From NCBI GenBank assembly GCA_016929655.1, contig JAFGIJ010000125.1, positions 6,521-70,520 on the forward strand: a stretch of 64,000 bases of DNA, read 5' to 3'. The notes below the pieces were generated by a model, which saw nothing but the letters and a program-made list of their open reading frames with translations, had not been told where the DNA came from and made no database searches. Positions 50,106 to 60,991 of this stretch are shown in pieces. Source of the DNA: Clostridia bacterium. Its GTDB lineage: Bacteria > Bacillota > Clostridia > DUPQ01. The translations under genes were made by a program, and so were the position numbers. Every line of letters starts with the position of its first letter. The first letter of the stretch is position 1.

Positions 50106-50915
50106 TTATGCTTTTCCTGCAAACAGTGTGCCAATTTTATCACCATTTATTATTCCTTCAATATTATCCATATTGTCACCATTGGCAATTACTACATTAA
50201 CACTATTTTCCATACATATTTTAGCGGCATTTAATTTAGTTATCATTCCACCGGTACCCCGGATGCTTCCATTTCCTCCGGCAAAGCGTTCAATTTCTCC
50301 ATTTATATCGGTTACTGTCTCAAGAATCATTGCCTGCTTGTCTTTTCTTGGATCGCTTGTGTAGAATCCATCTATATCTGACAGAATAATCAGTAAATCA
50401 GCTTTTGTAAGTATTGAAACCAGTGCTGCCAGCATATCGTTTTCACTGAAAGTGCTGTTTTCGTCAAATTCAAGTTCTTCAGTTGATACAGAGTCATTTT
50501 CATTGACGATAGGAATTATCTTCTTGCCTATAAGACTATCAAATGTATTGATAACATTTTTCCTCGAGGTTTCATGTGCAAATACATCCCTCGTCAGAAG
50601 AATCTGTCCTACGGTGATACCGAACTCAGAGAAAATCTTTGAATAAAGATGCATCAGTTCCGTCTGGCCTACCGCTGCTATTGCCTGGCGTTCCGTTACT
50701 TCAGCAGGACGCCTTTCAATATTAAGTTTTCCCATGCCAATCCCTACAGCACCCGATGATACGAGAATTATTTCCTTGCCTCTGTTTGACAGGTCTGCAA
50801 GCTTTCTTACAAGCTTTTCAATACTGCCTATGTTGACTTTGCCGTTACCATAGGTAAGACTTGATGTTCCGACCTTTATTACTATTCTGTCTGCTTTTTT
50901 AATTTTACTTCTCAT
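50106..50915 (-). CDS. proB: glutamate 5-kinase (short form, no PUA domain)
   Basis: IVIKVGTSSLT N-terminus and amino-acid-kinase fold. Stop abuts the proA start. Confidence 0.9.
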   Translation of the reverse strand: MRSKIKKADRIVIKVGTSSLTYGNGKVNIGSIEKLVRKLADLSNRGKEIILVSSGAVGIGMGKLNIERRPAEVTERQAIAAVGQTELMHLYSKIFSEFGITVGQILLTRDVFAHETSRKNVINTFDSLIGKKIIPIVNENDSVSTEELEFDENSTFSENDMLAALVSILTKADLLIILSDIDGFYTSDPRKDKQAMILETVTDINGEIERFAGGNGSIRGTGGMITKLNAAKICMENSVNVVIANGDNMDNIEGIINGDKIGTLFAGKA

Positions 50916-50938
50916 AGCATTTCCGTTTTTTATTTATT

Positions 50939-51670
50939 CTATCCTTGATTTGATACCTTAGCAAGTTCAATGTTGCCAACAGCCCCAACTTTATCTCCAA
51001 TAATTGCTACAGCACCTATGATTCCATCAATGTTGATGGCAAAATTCAGAGCAGTTTTGACATCATTTGAATTTTTAATTTTGTTCCCTGTCGCCGTTGC
51101 TACTGCGTCAGCCAGTGCAGCATCTTTAGAAAGGACGGTCACTGCATCTGCCTTCCCAAAACTCAATGAATGACCTACGGTTCCTGAAGAAGTACATATC
51201 CCAAGAGGAAACATGTCCTTGGGAATTTTTACTGCAATCCTGTTCGAAAGTGGCGAGTTTCCCGCAAAGATACCAATTGTCCTTGGTTTATCTGAAAAAA
51301 TGTATATATCTCCTCCATTTTCAACAAAAACCTGTTCCGACTCCTTTAAAAGAGCTTCTCCGACAAATTGGGAAATTACTCCTGCAACAGCAGCCATTGG
51401 TCCGGTACCTGCCGCCTGAGCGCTTTTTATCATTTTCTGAATAAGAACCGGTGCTGATTTATCCATTGGCACCGGTTCCAGTGTAACAGCAAAGACAGGA
51501 TGTCTTGCTATGTAATTGCTCAGTATGCTTCTTGCCCGTCGAACCTTGGGAAGAGCCAGTGAAGTAAGATCCTTTGTACAGCCTATCCACAGATCTGTCT
51601 CTCCGACACATACTTCAAACATAAAAAGCTCATTTCTGAACAAATTCCTGTATGATCTTCTCTGGTACAT
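50939..51670 (-). CDS. UPF0280/COG2122 ApbE-like protein (homolog class of methanogen MA1715)
   Basis: 243 aa. Gene context with the NIL-ferredoxin and COG1900 genes matches the described anaerobe homocysteine biosynthesis trio. Start uncertain. Confidence 0.5.
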   Translation of the reverse strand: MYQRRSYRNLFRNELFMFEVCVGETDLWIGCTKDLTSLALPKVRRARSILSNYIARHPVFAVTLEPVPMDKSAPVLIQKMIKSAQAAGTGPMAAVAGVISQFVGEALLKESEQVFVENGGDIYIFSDKPRTIGIFAGNSPLSNRIAVKIPKDMFPLGICTSSGTVGHSLSFGKADAVTVLSKDAALADAVATATGNKIKNSNDVKTALNFAINIDGIIGAVAIIGDKVGAVGNIELAKVSNQG

Positions 51671-51685
51671 AAGTTCTCCGGATTT

Positions 51686-52090
51686 CTAAAATTCTGTACT
51701 GATAATCCTGAGAGGGCAGGCTTTTATGCATAATTCACACACAAGGCACTTTTCCTTGTCAAAGTGCAACTTGTTGTCTTTGTCCATTGTCAGTGCTTCT
51801 GATGGACAAACCGCAGTACATGCACCGCAGTGAATACACTCATCTTCCCTGAGAATGATGGATTTATTATACAGTTTATATTTTACACCAACTGAGTCTA
51901 TATATGTGAGTGAATCAGTGACTGCCTCATCCTCACCTGTAATTTCTGCTATAAGAGTACCTTCACTGTCATAGCTTATGTCTGCATGCAGTATATTAAA
52001 GACAATTCCATATCTTGAGATTACTTCAGACATAAGAGGTTTGCTTATCCATTTCCTTGGAAAATGTAATTTAACCTTTACTTTTTTCAT
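51686..52090 (-). CDS. NIL-domain::2x[4Fe-4S] ferredoxin protein (MA1822-like)
   Basis: N-terminal NIL-like domain, then CIHCGACTAVCP and CLVCELCIKACP clusters. Confidence 0.7.
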   Translation of the reverse strand: MKKVKVKLHFPRKWISKPLMSEVISRYGIVFNILHADISYDSEGTLIAEITGEDEAVTDSLTYIDSVGVKYKLYNKSIILREDECIHCGACTAVCPSEALTMDKDNKLHFDKEKCLVCELCIKACPLRIISTEF

Positions 52091-53238
52091 AATTTAATCT
52101 CCCTGATTTCAAGCTTGTTGACCTTGTTTTCAAGTGGGAGCGGAGCAACCGCCTCCGTCAGAAGGAAATCACCCTTTTCGATCCATTCCTTCAGAATACC
52201 TGCAATTTCCCTTGCTTTGCTAATACTTGATAAAGGTGCAGTCTTAACTTTTTCTCCCCTGAACTCCACACTTCCGCTCTGAAGCTGTTCATATGTATAT
52301 GTCTCAGGAAGTTTTTCGTTACCGCTCTTGTCCGCCAGGCTAGTTTTTATTTCACTGTTTCTTACAGCTGTATACTTCAGCATTTCAACATCAATTATGG
52401 GAATCGGAATTCCTATTCCGACAAACAGGCTTACACCATACTTTTCGTAAACTGCCGCTCTTATGAAATCTTCAGACATATCCCTCAGATCTCCGGATAC
52501 GGCTATGGTTCCTGCCAGGCTCAGAGGAACCCCGTTCTCTCCCCGAGCCTGTCCAGGGTTATGCTGGGTTCCCTGCCATGTAACATAGCCCTGTCCACCG
52601 CCAAGGAATATTCTGGTTCCAAGGCCTATGGTTCTGTAATATGGGTCATTAAGCAGTGGGCTCAGTTCTCCGGAAGTTGAATAGGTAATATTACCGAACT
52701 CCGGAAGCAGTGTACCCATGTATGTATAAATTGTTTTTTTAGTGGAATTTGTTGCCGCAGGATAATTCTGGTAGGCATTCCTTGGATTATACATGTAAAT
52801 CTGATTAACATTATATTTGTTTATAGTGGTTTCGATACTTTTTCTTGGATAACAGTCAGTACCATCAGCAAAAGCTCTGAGCTTTACATCTTTCCCAGCA
52901 ACAAGTTCCTGGATGACATGACCACCGCCGTATTCCATCCCTTTGGTTGTAGATACTTCAGTTGCTCCGATATATGCATCAACAGCCGCAAGACCTGCAT
53001 ACGCAGGTACATCATTGAGTGATACAGTTTTCATTTTAATCGGAGGGTCTGAATGGCCGAAGTTAATGAATACCCCTGATGAGCACATAGGTCCAAAAGT
53101 CCCCGTCGTCACTACATCCACTAATTCCGCGGCTTCTTCATAGCCTTTGTCATCAACAATTCCGATGATTTCTTCAGCTGTAACTACTACCGCTTTTCCG
53201 TTTTTGATTTTTTGATTTATTTCTGCAATTGTTTTCAT
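52087..53238 (-). CDS. COG1900/DUF39-family homocysteine biosynthesis protein (MA1821-like, without CBS domains)
   Basis: About 383 aa DUF39-like body. Internal start at 53238 preferred because AAGGAGG sits 6 nt upstream. Confidence 0.6.
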   Translation of the reverse strand: MKTIAEINQKIKNGKAVVVTAEEIIGIVDDKGYEEAAELVDVVTTGTFGPMCSSGVFINFGHSDPPIKMKTVSLNDVPAYAGLAAVDAYIGATEVSTTKGMEYGGGHVIQELVAGKDVKLRAFADGTDCYPRKSIETTINKYNVNQIYMYNPRNAYQNYPAATNSTKKTIYTYMGTLLPEFGNITYSTSGELSPLLNDPYYRTIGLGTRIFLGGGQGYVTWQGTQHNPGQARGENGVPLSLAGTIAVSGDLRDMSEDFIRAAVYEKYGVSLFVGIGIPIPIIDVEMLKYTAVRNSEIKTSLADKSGNEKLPETYTYEQLQSGSVEFRGEKVKTAPLSSISKAREIAGILKEWIEKGDFLLTEAVAPLPLENKVNKLEIREIKL

Positions 53239-53282
53239 CAGCACCCTCCTTTTCAAAAAGTTAAGCTATATAAATTTTTTCA

Positions 53283-53311
53283 AGTATATTTCAAAGAGCC
53301 GCGATTGTAAA
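53283..53311 (-). promoter_or_regulatory. candidate sigma-A promoter (TTTACA-17-TATACT) for the DUF39-NILFd-COG2122-proBA operon
   Basis: Minus-strand reading: TTTACAatcgcggctctttgaaaTATACT about 45 nt upstream of the start. Leader too short for an S-box riboswitch. Confidence 0.45.
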
Positions 53312-53364
53312 GAAATATCTTATCATAATTAATAATATCTTGAACTGCAATTGCTATTAACATG

Positions 53365-54093
53365 TTATATCAAAGTCATGATTATTGCCATTGCTCCTGA
53401 TAAAAGCAGTATACCAATTACGAGTTTTTTGAAAACCCCCTCATCAAATCTATGGGAAAGAAAATTACCGAAGAAGGTTCCACCGATTGAAGCCGGTGCG
53501 AGAAGAAGTGCATTCAATGTTATCGGAATGGTCAGCATTCCACTAGCCAGCAGACTGATGCTCCCTGTCAGACCTATGATAAGAAAGAAAACAGACAGAT
53601 TGGCCCTGAATGAGTCCTTTGATTCATTCTGACTCTGAAGGAAAAGAACAATCGGAGGCCCCCCGAATGATATTGCTCCATTCGTAAGACCACTGATAAA
53701 GCCTGCAATTGCATAAGCAGGAATTATTCTTCGGAATTTAATTCGTATTCCTGCTGCAAGTATTATTGCGCTGATTATTACAAATATACCCATTACCACC
53801 TTGAGTTCACGAACAGGAATGATTTTTAGAAGATAAACACCAACCATACTTCCCGCAACTCCGGCTATTATAAGTGGTAAAACTTTTTTTATATGAGCAT
53901 TCCTGAATGTCTTTAGAACCATTACAATTGCAGAAATAAATCCCATTAAAATCATTATTATCACGGTTTCATCAGCCGGCATAAATAGTGCTATCAATGG
54001 AGTTGCAATCAATGCTCTTCCAAAACCTGTAATGCCCTGTACAGCTGCCGCAAAAAAAAGTATTAACATTGCAAGCAATATAATTGGATTCAA
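53365..54093 (-). CDS. TauE/SafE-family (sulfite exporter-like) membrane permease
   Basis: Eight hydrophobic segments with the N-terminal ...AVQGITGFG motif. Probable TTG start. Confidence 0.75.
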   Translation of the reverse strand: MNPIILLAMLILFFAAAVQGITGFGRALIATPLIALFMPADETVIIMILMGFISAIVMVLKTFRNAHIKKVLPLIIAGVAGSMVGVYLLKIIPVRELKVVMGIFVIISAIILAAGIRIKFRRIIPAYAIAGFISGLTNGAISFGGPPIVLFLQSQNESKDSFRANLSVFFLIIGLTGSISLLASGMLTIPITLNALLLAPASIGGTFFGNFLSHRFDEGVFKKLVIGILLLSGAMAIIMTLI

Positions 54094-54117
54094 AATTCCC
54101 CCAAAGTTCTATATTGG

Positions 54118-54152
54118 TAAAAATGGGTCTCCATAAGAAGACCCATTTTCTT
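54118..54152 (-). terminator. rho-independent terminator downstream of lon
   Basis: AAATGGGTCT...AGACCCATTT hairpin with flanking T/A runs. Confidence 0.65.
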
Positions 54153-56485
54153 TATTCTTGATTCCTGATGGCTATATCCAATACCTGATCCATTGATTTT
54201 ACAGGTATTATTTCCATTGACTCTATTACTTCTTTATGAATCTCAGCAAGGTCGCTTCGGTTTAACTCAGGTATTATAACCCTCTTCATTCCGGCACGTC
54301 TCGCTGCTGTGAGTTTTTCCTTGAGCCCGCCTATTGGCAGAACCCTTCCCCTGAGTGTGATTTCTCCTGTCATGGCAACTTCTTTGTCAACAGGGTGATT
54401 TGTCAGAGCTGAAATAATAGCAGTAGCCAGGGTAATTCCCGCTGAAGGACCATCCTTTGGGACAGCCCCTTCAGGTACATGCACATGTATATCAAGTTCC
54501 TTGTAGAAGTTTTCATCAATTCCAAGTATATCTGCCCTTGAACGGATATAACCATATGCTGCCTTTGCAGATTCCTTCATCACATCACCGAGCATTCCTG
54601 TAAGTTCAAGTTTTCCTGAACCGGGCATGATATTTACTTCGATTGACAAAGTATCTCCTCCAACGGAAGTCCAGGCCAGACCGCGTGCTATACCGATTTC
54701 ATCTTTCTCAAGAGCCATTTCATAATTGAATTTCCTGGGTCCAAAATAGTCTTCAATATTTCTGTTGCTTATGCTTATGGATTTGATCCCTTCTTCAACG
54801 AGCTTAGTAACAGCTTTTCTGCATACCGAAGCAATTTCTCTTTCAAGATTTCTTACTCCGGATTCACGGGTATAACTGTTTATAATGTCAATCAGTGTAC
54901 TGTCTGAAATCTTAAGCTGACTCTTTTTAAGTCCATGCTTCTTCATTTGTTTTGGAATGAGGAACTTCTTTGCAATATTCTGCTTTTCCTCACCTGTATA
55001 TCCCGAAACATATATGACCTCCATCCTGTCAAGGAGAGGTCTTGGTATCGTATCTGTGGTGTTTGCAGTAGTAATGAACATAACCTGTCTGAGATCCATT
55101 GGCACTTCTAGGTAATGATCCCTGAAAGAGTAGTTCTGTTCCGCATCCAGTACCTCGAGCATCGCAGATGCAGGATCACCTCTGAAATCGCTGCTCATTT
55201 TATCTATTTCATCAAATAAAACCAGTGGATTCATTGATCCTGCCTGACTTATTGCCTTTGTTATTCTGCCCGGCATAGACCCTACATAGGTTCTTCTATG
55301 CCCTCTTATTTCAGCTTCATCACGCACTCCCCCAAGGGACATTCTGACATATTTTCTATTCACTGCTTCTGCGATTGATTTTACAATTGATGTTTTCCCA
55401 ACACCCGGAGGACCTACCAGGCACAGTATTGGACTATTGAAGTCTTCTGCCATTTTTCTAGAAGCAATGTACTCTATTATTCTCTCCTTCACTTTAAGGA
55501 GTCCATAATGATCTCTTTCAAGGATCGACCTGGCTTCAGCCGGATCAAGCTTTTCTTCGGTTGTTACGTCCCATGGAAGATTCAATAACCACTCCACATA
55601 AGTTCTGGAAACAGTAGCTTCAGCAGAAATTGGACTCATCCTGACCAGTCTTGAAAGTTCCTTCTCAATCTTTTCCTTAACTTCCTCAGGATACTTATGT
55701 TTTTCAAGTTTTTCATAATACTCTGAGAGTTCATCATCACCATCAATGTCCGATTCGCCGAGTTCCTCTTTGATTATTTTCAGTTGTTCCTTAAGATAAT
55801 ACTGCTTTTGCATTTCATCAATCTGACCCTTGACCTTTGATGAAATGTCTTTTTCAAGTTCAAGGATTTGTATTTCGCTGTAAATTATAGGCAGAAGTTT
55901 TGTCAGTCTTTTTAGGCTGTCTTTTTCCTCCAGAAGTTCCTGTCTCTGACTTGTCTTCAGATTCATGCTGCCTGCAATTAGATCAGAGAGTTTGTTGGTA
56001 TCTTCAGTTGTTATTATAGAGAAAACAGTATCCGGAGATATTCTACCGGCCAAAGCTGCATATGATTCAAATGCCTCGATGGATTTTCTTCTCAAAGCTT
56101 CTTCTCTCTCCGAAGAGAACCCGGCAACCTGAATTTCAGTTCTTATTACAGTCCTGAAAAAGGGTTCCTCTGCTTCGAATGATACAATTTCTCCTCTTTC
56201 AACACCTTCAACAAGAACCCTCACGGTTTTACCGGGGAGCCTCAGCAACTGTTTAACTCTGGAAATGGTGCCCGTTATAAAAATATCGCCTTCGGCAGGT
56301 TCCTCCATCATTGCATCTTTCTGAGTTGTAAGGAAAATGAGCTGATTATCTTCCATTGCACTTTCAAGGGCGGCTATGGACTTTTCTCTTCCCACATCAA
56401 AATGGATGGTCATATGGGGGAATACAGTAATTCCCCTCAATGGAATCATAGGATATATATTTTCAATGTATTTCTTTTCTTTCAT
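54152..56485 (-). CDS. lon: ATP-dependent Lon protease (LonA)
   Basis: N-terminal LON domain, AAA+ GPPGVGKTS, catalytic Ser in [11 protein letters not shown] in the ...GGLKEK... region. Confidence 0.95.
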   Translation of the reverse strand: MKEKKYIENIYPMIPLRGITVFPHMTIHFDVGREKSIAALESAMEDNQLIFLTTQKDAMMEEPAEGDIFITGTISRVKQLLRLPGKTVRVLVEGVERGEIVSFEAEEPFFRTVIRTEIQVAGFSSEREEALRRKSIEAFESYAALAGRISPDTVFSIITTEDTNKLSDLIAGSMNLKTSQRQELLEEKDSLKRLTKLLPIIYSEIQILELEKDISSKVKGQIDEMQKQYYLKEQLKIIKEELGESDIDGDDELSEYYEKLEKHKYPEEVKEKIEKELSRLVRMSPISAEATVSRTYVEWLLNLPWDVTTEEKLDPAEARSILERDHYGLLKVKERIIEYIASRKMAEDFNSPILCLVGPPGVGKTSIVKSIAEAVNRKYVRMSLGGVRDEAEIRGHRRTYVGSMPGRITKAISQAGSMNPLVLFDEIDKMSSDFRGDPASAMLEVLDAEQNYSFRDHYLEVPMDLRQVMFITTANTTDTIPRPLLDRMEVIYVSGYTGEEKQNIAKKFLIPKQMKKHGLKKSQLKISDSTLIDIINSYTRESGVRNLEREIASVCRKAVTKLVEEGIKSISISNRNIEDYFGPRKFNYEMALEKDEIGIARGLAWTSVGGDTLSIEVNIMPGSGKLELTGMLGDVMKESAKAAYGYIRSRADILGIDENFYKELDIHVHVPEGAVPKDGPSAGITLATAIISALTNHPVDKEVAMTGEITLRGRVLPIGGLKEKLTAARRAGMKRVIIPELNRSDLAEIHKEVIESMEIIPVKSMDQVLDIAIRNQE

Positions 56486-56631
56486 CTTCTCTCCCTGTGG
56501 TTAAAAAAACAGGTTGCTACCTGTCTTAAATATGCTCTGCGAACCTAAAAATATAATATTTTATCCGGTCCTTACACATTATATTGACGCTCATGTCAAT
56601 TGTCAAATAACAGAACAGCGGTTTTTCTGTT

Positions 56632-58065
56632 CTATTTTTTCTCTTCAGTCATGGATGCTATGGCCTTTTCGAAGCCTTCGCCCTTTTTAATCATGTTCTC
56701 TTCAAGAGCTATATTCTTTCTACCATATCTTACCCGCTCATAGCTTTCGGTAAACTCAGCAAAACCCATTTTTGTAAGATTCGCCCCATTGCCGGCTGCC
56801 TTTACTTTATCAAGTACTTCTTCAGGTGTATCACTGTCTTTGATTGAAATATGCCTGTGATACAATCGCTCTAAAACAAACCCATAAAGGTATCTTACTT
56901 TATCTGAAGCCAATGGAATCTTTCCGAGATCCCTAAGGTTGTATATCATTTTCTTTTTTCTGGCCCTGAGACTACTGTTGTTTCGTTCTTCCTTTACAAT
57001 TTCAGTCTCTTCGACATATTCATCCGACGAGGTCCTTGTTTCATTGGCTTTTCTGTTGTAACTCAGTCTCATGCTCTCGCGTATCTTCTTTACCAGTTTT
57101 ACTATGAACCCTATTATGGCAAGCAGCAATACAATACAAACAGCAGCTAACAATGTATACATGAGAATCTTCATGAACATTACGACCCATGCCGGGCGAA
57201 CCACCACTTCACCTTCAACCAGATCTTCAACCTGGTCCATAGGTTCCCTTTCTATGAATGGAATGTCTGCTATCAACCAGTCCGAAATTTTTTCAAGAAC
57301 CATGAAGAACCACGATATAAATCTTTCAATCATTTCACGAGTAATGGTAACCATTTTGCGGAAATTAAACAATATCAGATATATACTGTAGTAGGCAGTT
57401 ATCATTATGTCATTCTTGACTCTGATCTTTCTGCTGTCTTCTATGTTTACAGATTTTCTGAAGAAAATAATTGAATCCAACTGCATTCTGTTTATGAATA
57501 GAAGGTATGTGTATAGATATAATGATCCAGTCATCCATGCAAGCCTGATTGCATTTTCAGAATTATTTAAATAATATGAATATATAAGAAGCATCCCAAT
57601 GGGGACCACCCCGCCGTACAACAGGTTTTTTGTTACACTTTCCCTGTAATCAAAAATTCCATTGGTAATTCCCATAAGAAAATTGAAACCCAGGAACAGA
57701 GCTGCAACAATGGCAAATCCTACTCCTGATTTAAGATTCATCAAAAGAGCTGCAAGAACAGCGAAGCCGGCCAGTAAATACGCCGGTTGCTTAGTTATCA
57801 GCAACTCCCCCTTTTGGTTACGGGCAACTATCTCCGCTCCCTTTTTTTCGAAGAATTCCGTTAAAATCATGCCTGCCAGAGTGCCAGCCAAAATATATAT
57901 GAAACCAATGATAAGATTAACCCATATGCTGGTCTTTGACCCGGCAAGTTCCATTGCAGCTGCTGACAACCCACCGACAGAGGCAGTTATCGCCATCAGA
58001 GGAATGAATTTCCTTATAATTTTATTTTTCATTTTCACTGCGGTAATTCCCCTTCGGTTTTCCAT
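56632..58065 (-). CDS. polytopic membrane protein of MoxR-associated operon (DUF4129-like C-terminus)
   Basis: More than 8 TM segments and a charged C-terminal domain. Overlaps the DUF58 gene stop. Alternative start at 58032. Confidence 0.55.
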   Translation of the reverse strand: MENRRGITAVKMKNKIIRKFIPLMAITASVGGLSAAAMELAGSKTSIWVNLIIGFIYILAGTLAGMILTEFFEKKGAEIVARNQKGELLITKQPAYLLAGFAVLAALLMNLKSGVGFAIVAALFLGFNFLMGITNGIFDYRESVTKNLLYGGVVPIGMLLIYSYYLNNSENAIRLAWMTGSLYLYTYLLFINRMQLDSIIFFRKSVNIEDSRKIRVKNDIMITAYYSIYLILFNFRKMVTITREMIERFISWFFMVLEKISDWLIADIPFIEREPMDQVEDLVEGEVVVRPAWVVMFMKILMYTLLAAVCIVLLLAIIGFIVKLVKKIRESMRLSYNRKANETRTSSDEYVEETEIVKEERNNSSLRARKKKMIYNLRDLGKIPLASDKVRYLYGFVLERLYHRHISIKDSDTPEEVLDKVKAAGNGANLTKMGFAEFTESYERVRYGRKNIALEENMIKKGEGFEKAIASMTEEKK

Positions 58066-59186
58066 GGTGTTCTTCTCATGTAAAAAATATCCAGCCCGGG
58101 ATATTGATTGCCTCCATCATCTTTGGTATCCAGTACAAGGATTTTAACTGTATTGTCAAGAACGGAAAGACGTCTGGCTTCATCGGCTATTTCATCACAC
58201 ATATATGCTGTAACCATGTACACCTGTGTATCCCTTATCTGGCTTTCAAGCATTGAAAGATAGATTGCAAAATCCCTGATATTCTTCATTCTTACCTGTG
58301 CCAGTTTATAAAGCATATGCTTCATATGTTCCTGGCCAGAGCCGGATTCAGTAATTATCATGCTGGTTTCATCATCATATGTGCAGGCATTGCTTCCGAA
58401 TCTTATGGGAACTGCCTGTTGATATCCTCTGTTCAGAATTGTTGATGACACTTTGATTGCAAGTTCGATTACATCCTTGCTCTTTACAAAATCAAATTCT
58501 TCATAGTCAGACTGTACATTCATCAGTACAGTAATTCCTACCTTTGTAGTAAAGTCATTTTCATTTACCATCAACCCACCTGTCTTTGCTGTCGCCTTCC
58601 AGTTAATTCTATTGATGGCATCCCCTGGCACATAACCTCTTATACCTTTTACTATAAAAGGGTCATCGAGAATAAACCTCTTTACAACTGCATCTCCCAG
58701 AATATCCTTGGTAGAGAAAAACATCTCATCAATCTTTACAGTACCTGGATATACCACAAGCCTTTTATTAACAGGTACAGCCTTTGACTCAGTTATCAGA
58801 CCCAGAATATCACCACAGGTTACTGTTGCATTGTCTATATCAAATACACCACGTTTGGTGCACTTCATATGCCAGCGTCTCTTAGTCTTCTGGTAAGCCT
58901 TAAGAACAAATCCACTTGTAACAAATCGCCTTTCATCAACAACCGATGAGCTTGCACCGGCGAATTCAAGCCATTTTGATGAATGTATATCAGCCTTGAC
59001 CCACGGTACCGGGAAAGGTTTTTTATTGTAGATCTCTTCATCCACGAACATATCCTCTCCCTCAAATGCTTCAAATTTGCTGAAAGTAAGTGAATAGTGC
59101 AAACCCCTCTTTAAAATCAGTTTGAAAAATACGATCTCAATCATAAAGAAGATCAATAGAAGAAATGCAACTATAACTATTTCCAT
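58035..59186 (-). CDS. DUF58-family protein (vWA-like partner of MoxR ATPases)
   Basis: N-terminal 2 TM segments plus a DUF58-like body. 1-nt overlap with the moxR stop. Confidence 0.65.
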   Translation of the reverse strand: MEIVIVAFLLLIFFMIEIVFFKLILKRGLHYSLTFSKFEAFEGEDMFVDEEIYNKKPFPVPWVKADIHSSKWLEFAGASSSVVDERRFVTSGFVLKAYQKTKRRWHMKCTKRGVFDIDNATVTCGDILGLITESKAVPVNKRLVVYPGTVKIDEMFFSTKDILGDAVVKRFILDDPFIVKGIRGYVPGDAINRINWKATAKTGGLMVNENDFTTKVGITVLMNVQSDYEEFDFVKSKDVIELAIKVSSTILNRGYQQAVPIRFGSNACTYDDETSMIITESGSGQEHMKHMLYKLAQVRMKNIRDFAIYLSMLESQIRDTQVYMVTAYMCDEIADEARRLSVLDNTVKILVLDTKDDGGNQYPGLDIFYMRRTPWKTEGELPQ

Positions 59187-60151
59187 CAGTCTGTCCTTTC
59201 AACCTCTTCCGTCGGTGCGTTGACTGATGCCAGAATTTCGTTCATTGCCTGGATTGTTCCTGTTGTCCCGGATGACATGGCATGGCCTTTCAGCATAATC
59301 CTGTGGGCTGAAACTGGCACTGCGACTGCCTTGACATCTTCAGGAGTTACAAAGTCTCTTCCCTTAATAGCAGCATGAGCCCTTGATGCTCTCATAAGAG
59401 CAAGACTTCCCCTTGGACTCAGTCCAAGTGACAGTCTGGAACTGTTTCTGGTTGCTTCAGCTATATCAATGATATATTCCTTTATAACATCGCTTACTAG
59501 AACATCTTTAAGTGCAGCCTGTGCTTCCAGCAGTTCTTCTGCCGTTGTTACATGCTCCAGATTTTCCAATGGCTCAGCGCTCTCAAATCTGTTCAATATT
59601 GCTATTCCCTGTTCCTTATCAGGATAACCAAGTGACAGCCTCATGAAAAATCTATCCATCTGAGCCTCCGGAAGTGGGAATGTGCCCTGAGTTTCAAGTG
59701 GATTCTGGGTTGCTATTACAAAGAAAGGTGCATCCAGCTTCCTTGTTTCACCTTCGACGGTAATCTGACGCTCTTCCATGCATTCAAGTAGTGCTGACTG
59801 TGTTCTTGGTGTCGCTCTGTTGATTTCGTCAGCCAGAACTATGTTAGTGAAAAGAGGACCCTTCCTGAAATTAAACTCAGCTTCCTTCTGATTGAATATG
59901 CTCAACCCTGTAAGATCGGATGGGAGGAGGTCAGGGGTAAACTGTATTCTGCGAAAATCACAGTTGACTGACTTTGATAGAGTTTTTGCAAGAACTGTCT
60001 TTCCAAGACCGGGTACATCTTCCAAAAGAACGTGACCAGCACATAGAAGTGTTACAAGCACAAGATCAATTATGTCGCCCTTCCCGACAATGACCTTTGA
60101 AATATTTTCCCTTACTTTGTCGGAAAATCCCATGATGTTTTCAGCTTTCAT
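59186..60151 (-). CDS. MoxR-family AAA+ ATPase
   Basis: Walker A LLEDVPGLGKT, Walker B VLADEINRATP, 321 aa. Confidence 0.9.
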   Translation of the reverse strand: MKAENIMGFSDKVRENISKVIVGKGDIIDLVLVTLLCAGHVLLEDVPGLGKTVLAKTLSKSVNCDFRRIQFTPDLLPSDLTGLSIFNQKEAEFNFRKGPLFTNIVLADEINRATPRTQSALLECMEERQITVEGETRKLDAPFFVIATQNPLETQGTFPLPEAQMDRFFMRLSLGYPDKEQGIAILNRFESAEPLENLEHVTTAEELLEAQAALKDVLVSDVIKEYIIDIAEATRNSSRLSLGLSPRGSLALMRASRAHAAIKGRDFVTPEDVKAVAVPVSAHRIMLKGHAMSSGTTGTIQAMNEILASVNAPTEEVERTD

Positions 60152-60168
60152 TAATTTACTCCTTTATT

Positions 60169-60991
60169 TCACCTGTTTTGTTCAAGTAGATCCAGAATAA
60201 TAGTTTTTGTATTTTCGGTTAGTTCGCCAGTTTCAGACAGGCTCACAAACTCCGGTGCCTTTCCATTTATGCCCTCAGTAAAGATGCTGTTGCTTCCAAA
60301 ATGTATTGCAGCAGCAATTTCCTCCTCATCTTCCTGATACCAATATAAAACCCTGTCATCATCTTCTGCAAGACCAAGTTGAGGCAGATATTGCCCAAGG
60401 TCGTTCAATGCTCCTTCATATGACAGGAATTTTGCAGTCTCCTCAGTAACCACGAACAAGTCAGCTTCACCTGATTGAAAATATCCGAATAGTTTATTCA
60501 TTCCCTCTTCTGTAAGTGAACCGTCGGCGGAATCCGCCTGAATCAGAACGTAGTCAACCAATACATTGTCCACGTCAAGAAGCTCTTGATAGTATTCAGC
60601 CATTACTGCCTGGTCCCTTATATTCAAGGAACCAATCAATACGATGGTGTAGTCATATCTGACTTTTCCAAATAAAATCATGGCCAGAACAGTTATTACA
60701 ATGGCTGCAACAGCAATGCCATATACAAGATTTCTTTTATAGAGGTAAAAGAAATTTTCAATTTTTTTCTTGTTGATACCCTTTTCCAAATAAACCGGAT
60801 CGGGTTCAAAATTGCCCCATTGGTAACCCATCAATGTATCATAAGCCTTTGTAACAAGTTCCTCATCAAATGAGTCATCAAACTTGGCACGTCTCATGAA
60901 GTTTTCGTATTTCTTTTTTATTTGTTCCGTAGTAGCAGATGGTTCTAGCTGAAGTATTTCAAGTGCCTGTTCTTTGGTCATCTTATTTTCC
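60169..60991 (-). CDS. hypothetical single-pass membrane protein with a degenerate J-domain-like N-terminus
   Basis: TEQIKKKYENFMRRAKFDD... helix pair without HPD, one TM segment (IAVAAIVITVLAMILF), acidic extracytoplasmic domain. Confidence 0.45.

Noticed and set aside
53257-53364. Possible SAM (S-box) riboswitch upstream of the homocysteine-biosynthesis operon
   Set aside because: Leader is only about 50-100 nt, AT-rich, and lacks the conserved S-box helices and the terminator/antiterminator. A plain promoter is more consistent.
56588-56612. Canonical CtsR box at lon
   Set aside because: Repeats are present but the spacing (adjacent heptads, no NAN spacer) does not match the consensus. 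Kept only as a low-interest finding.
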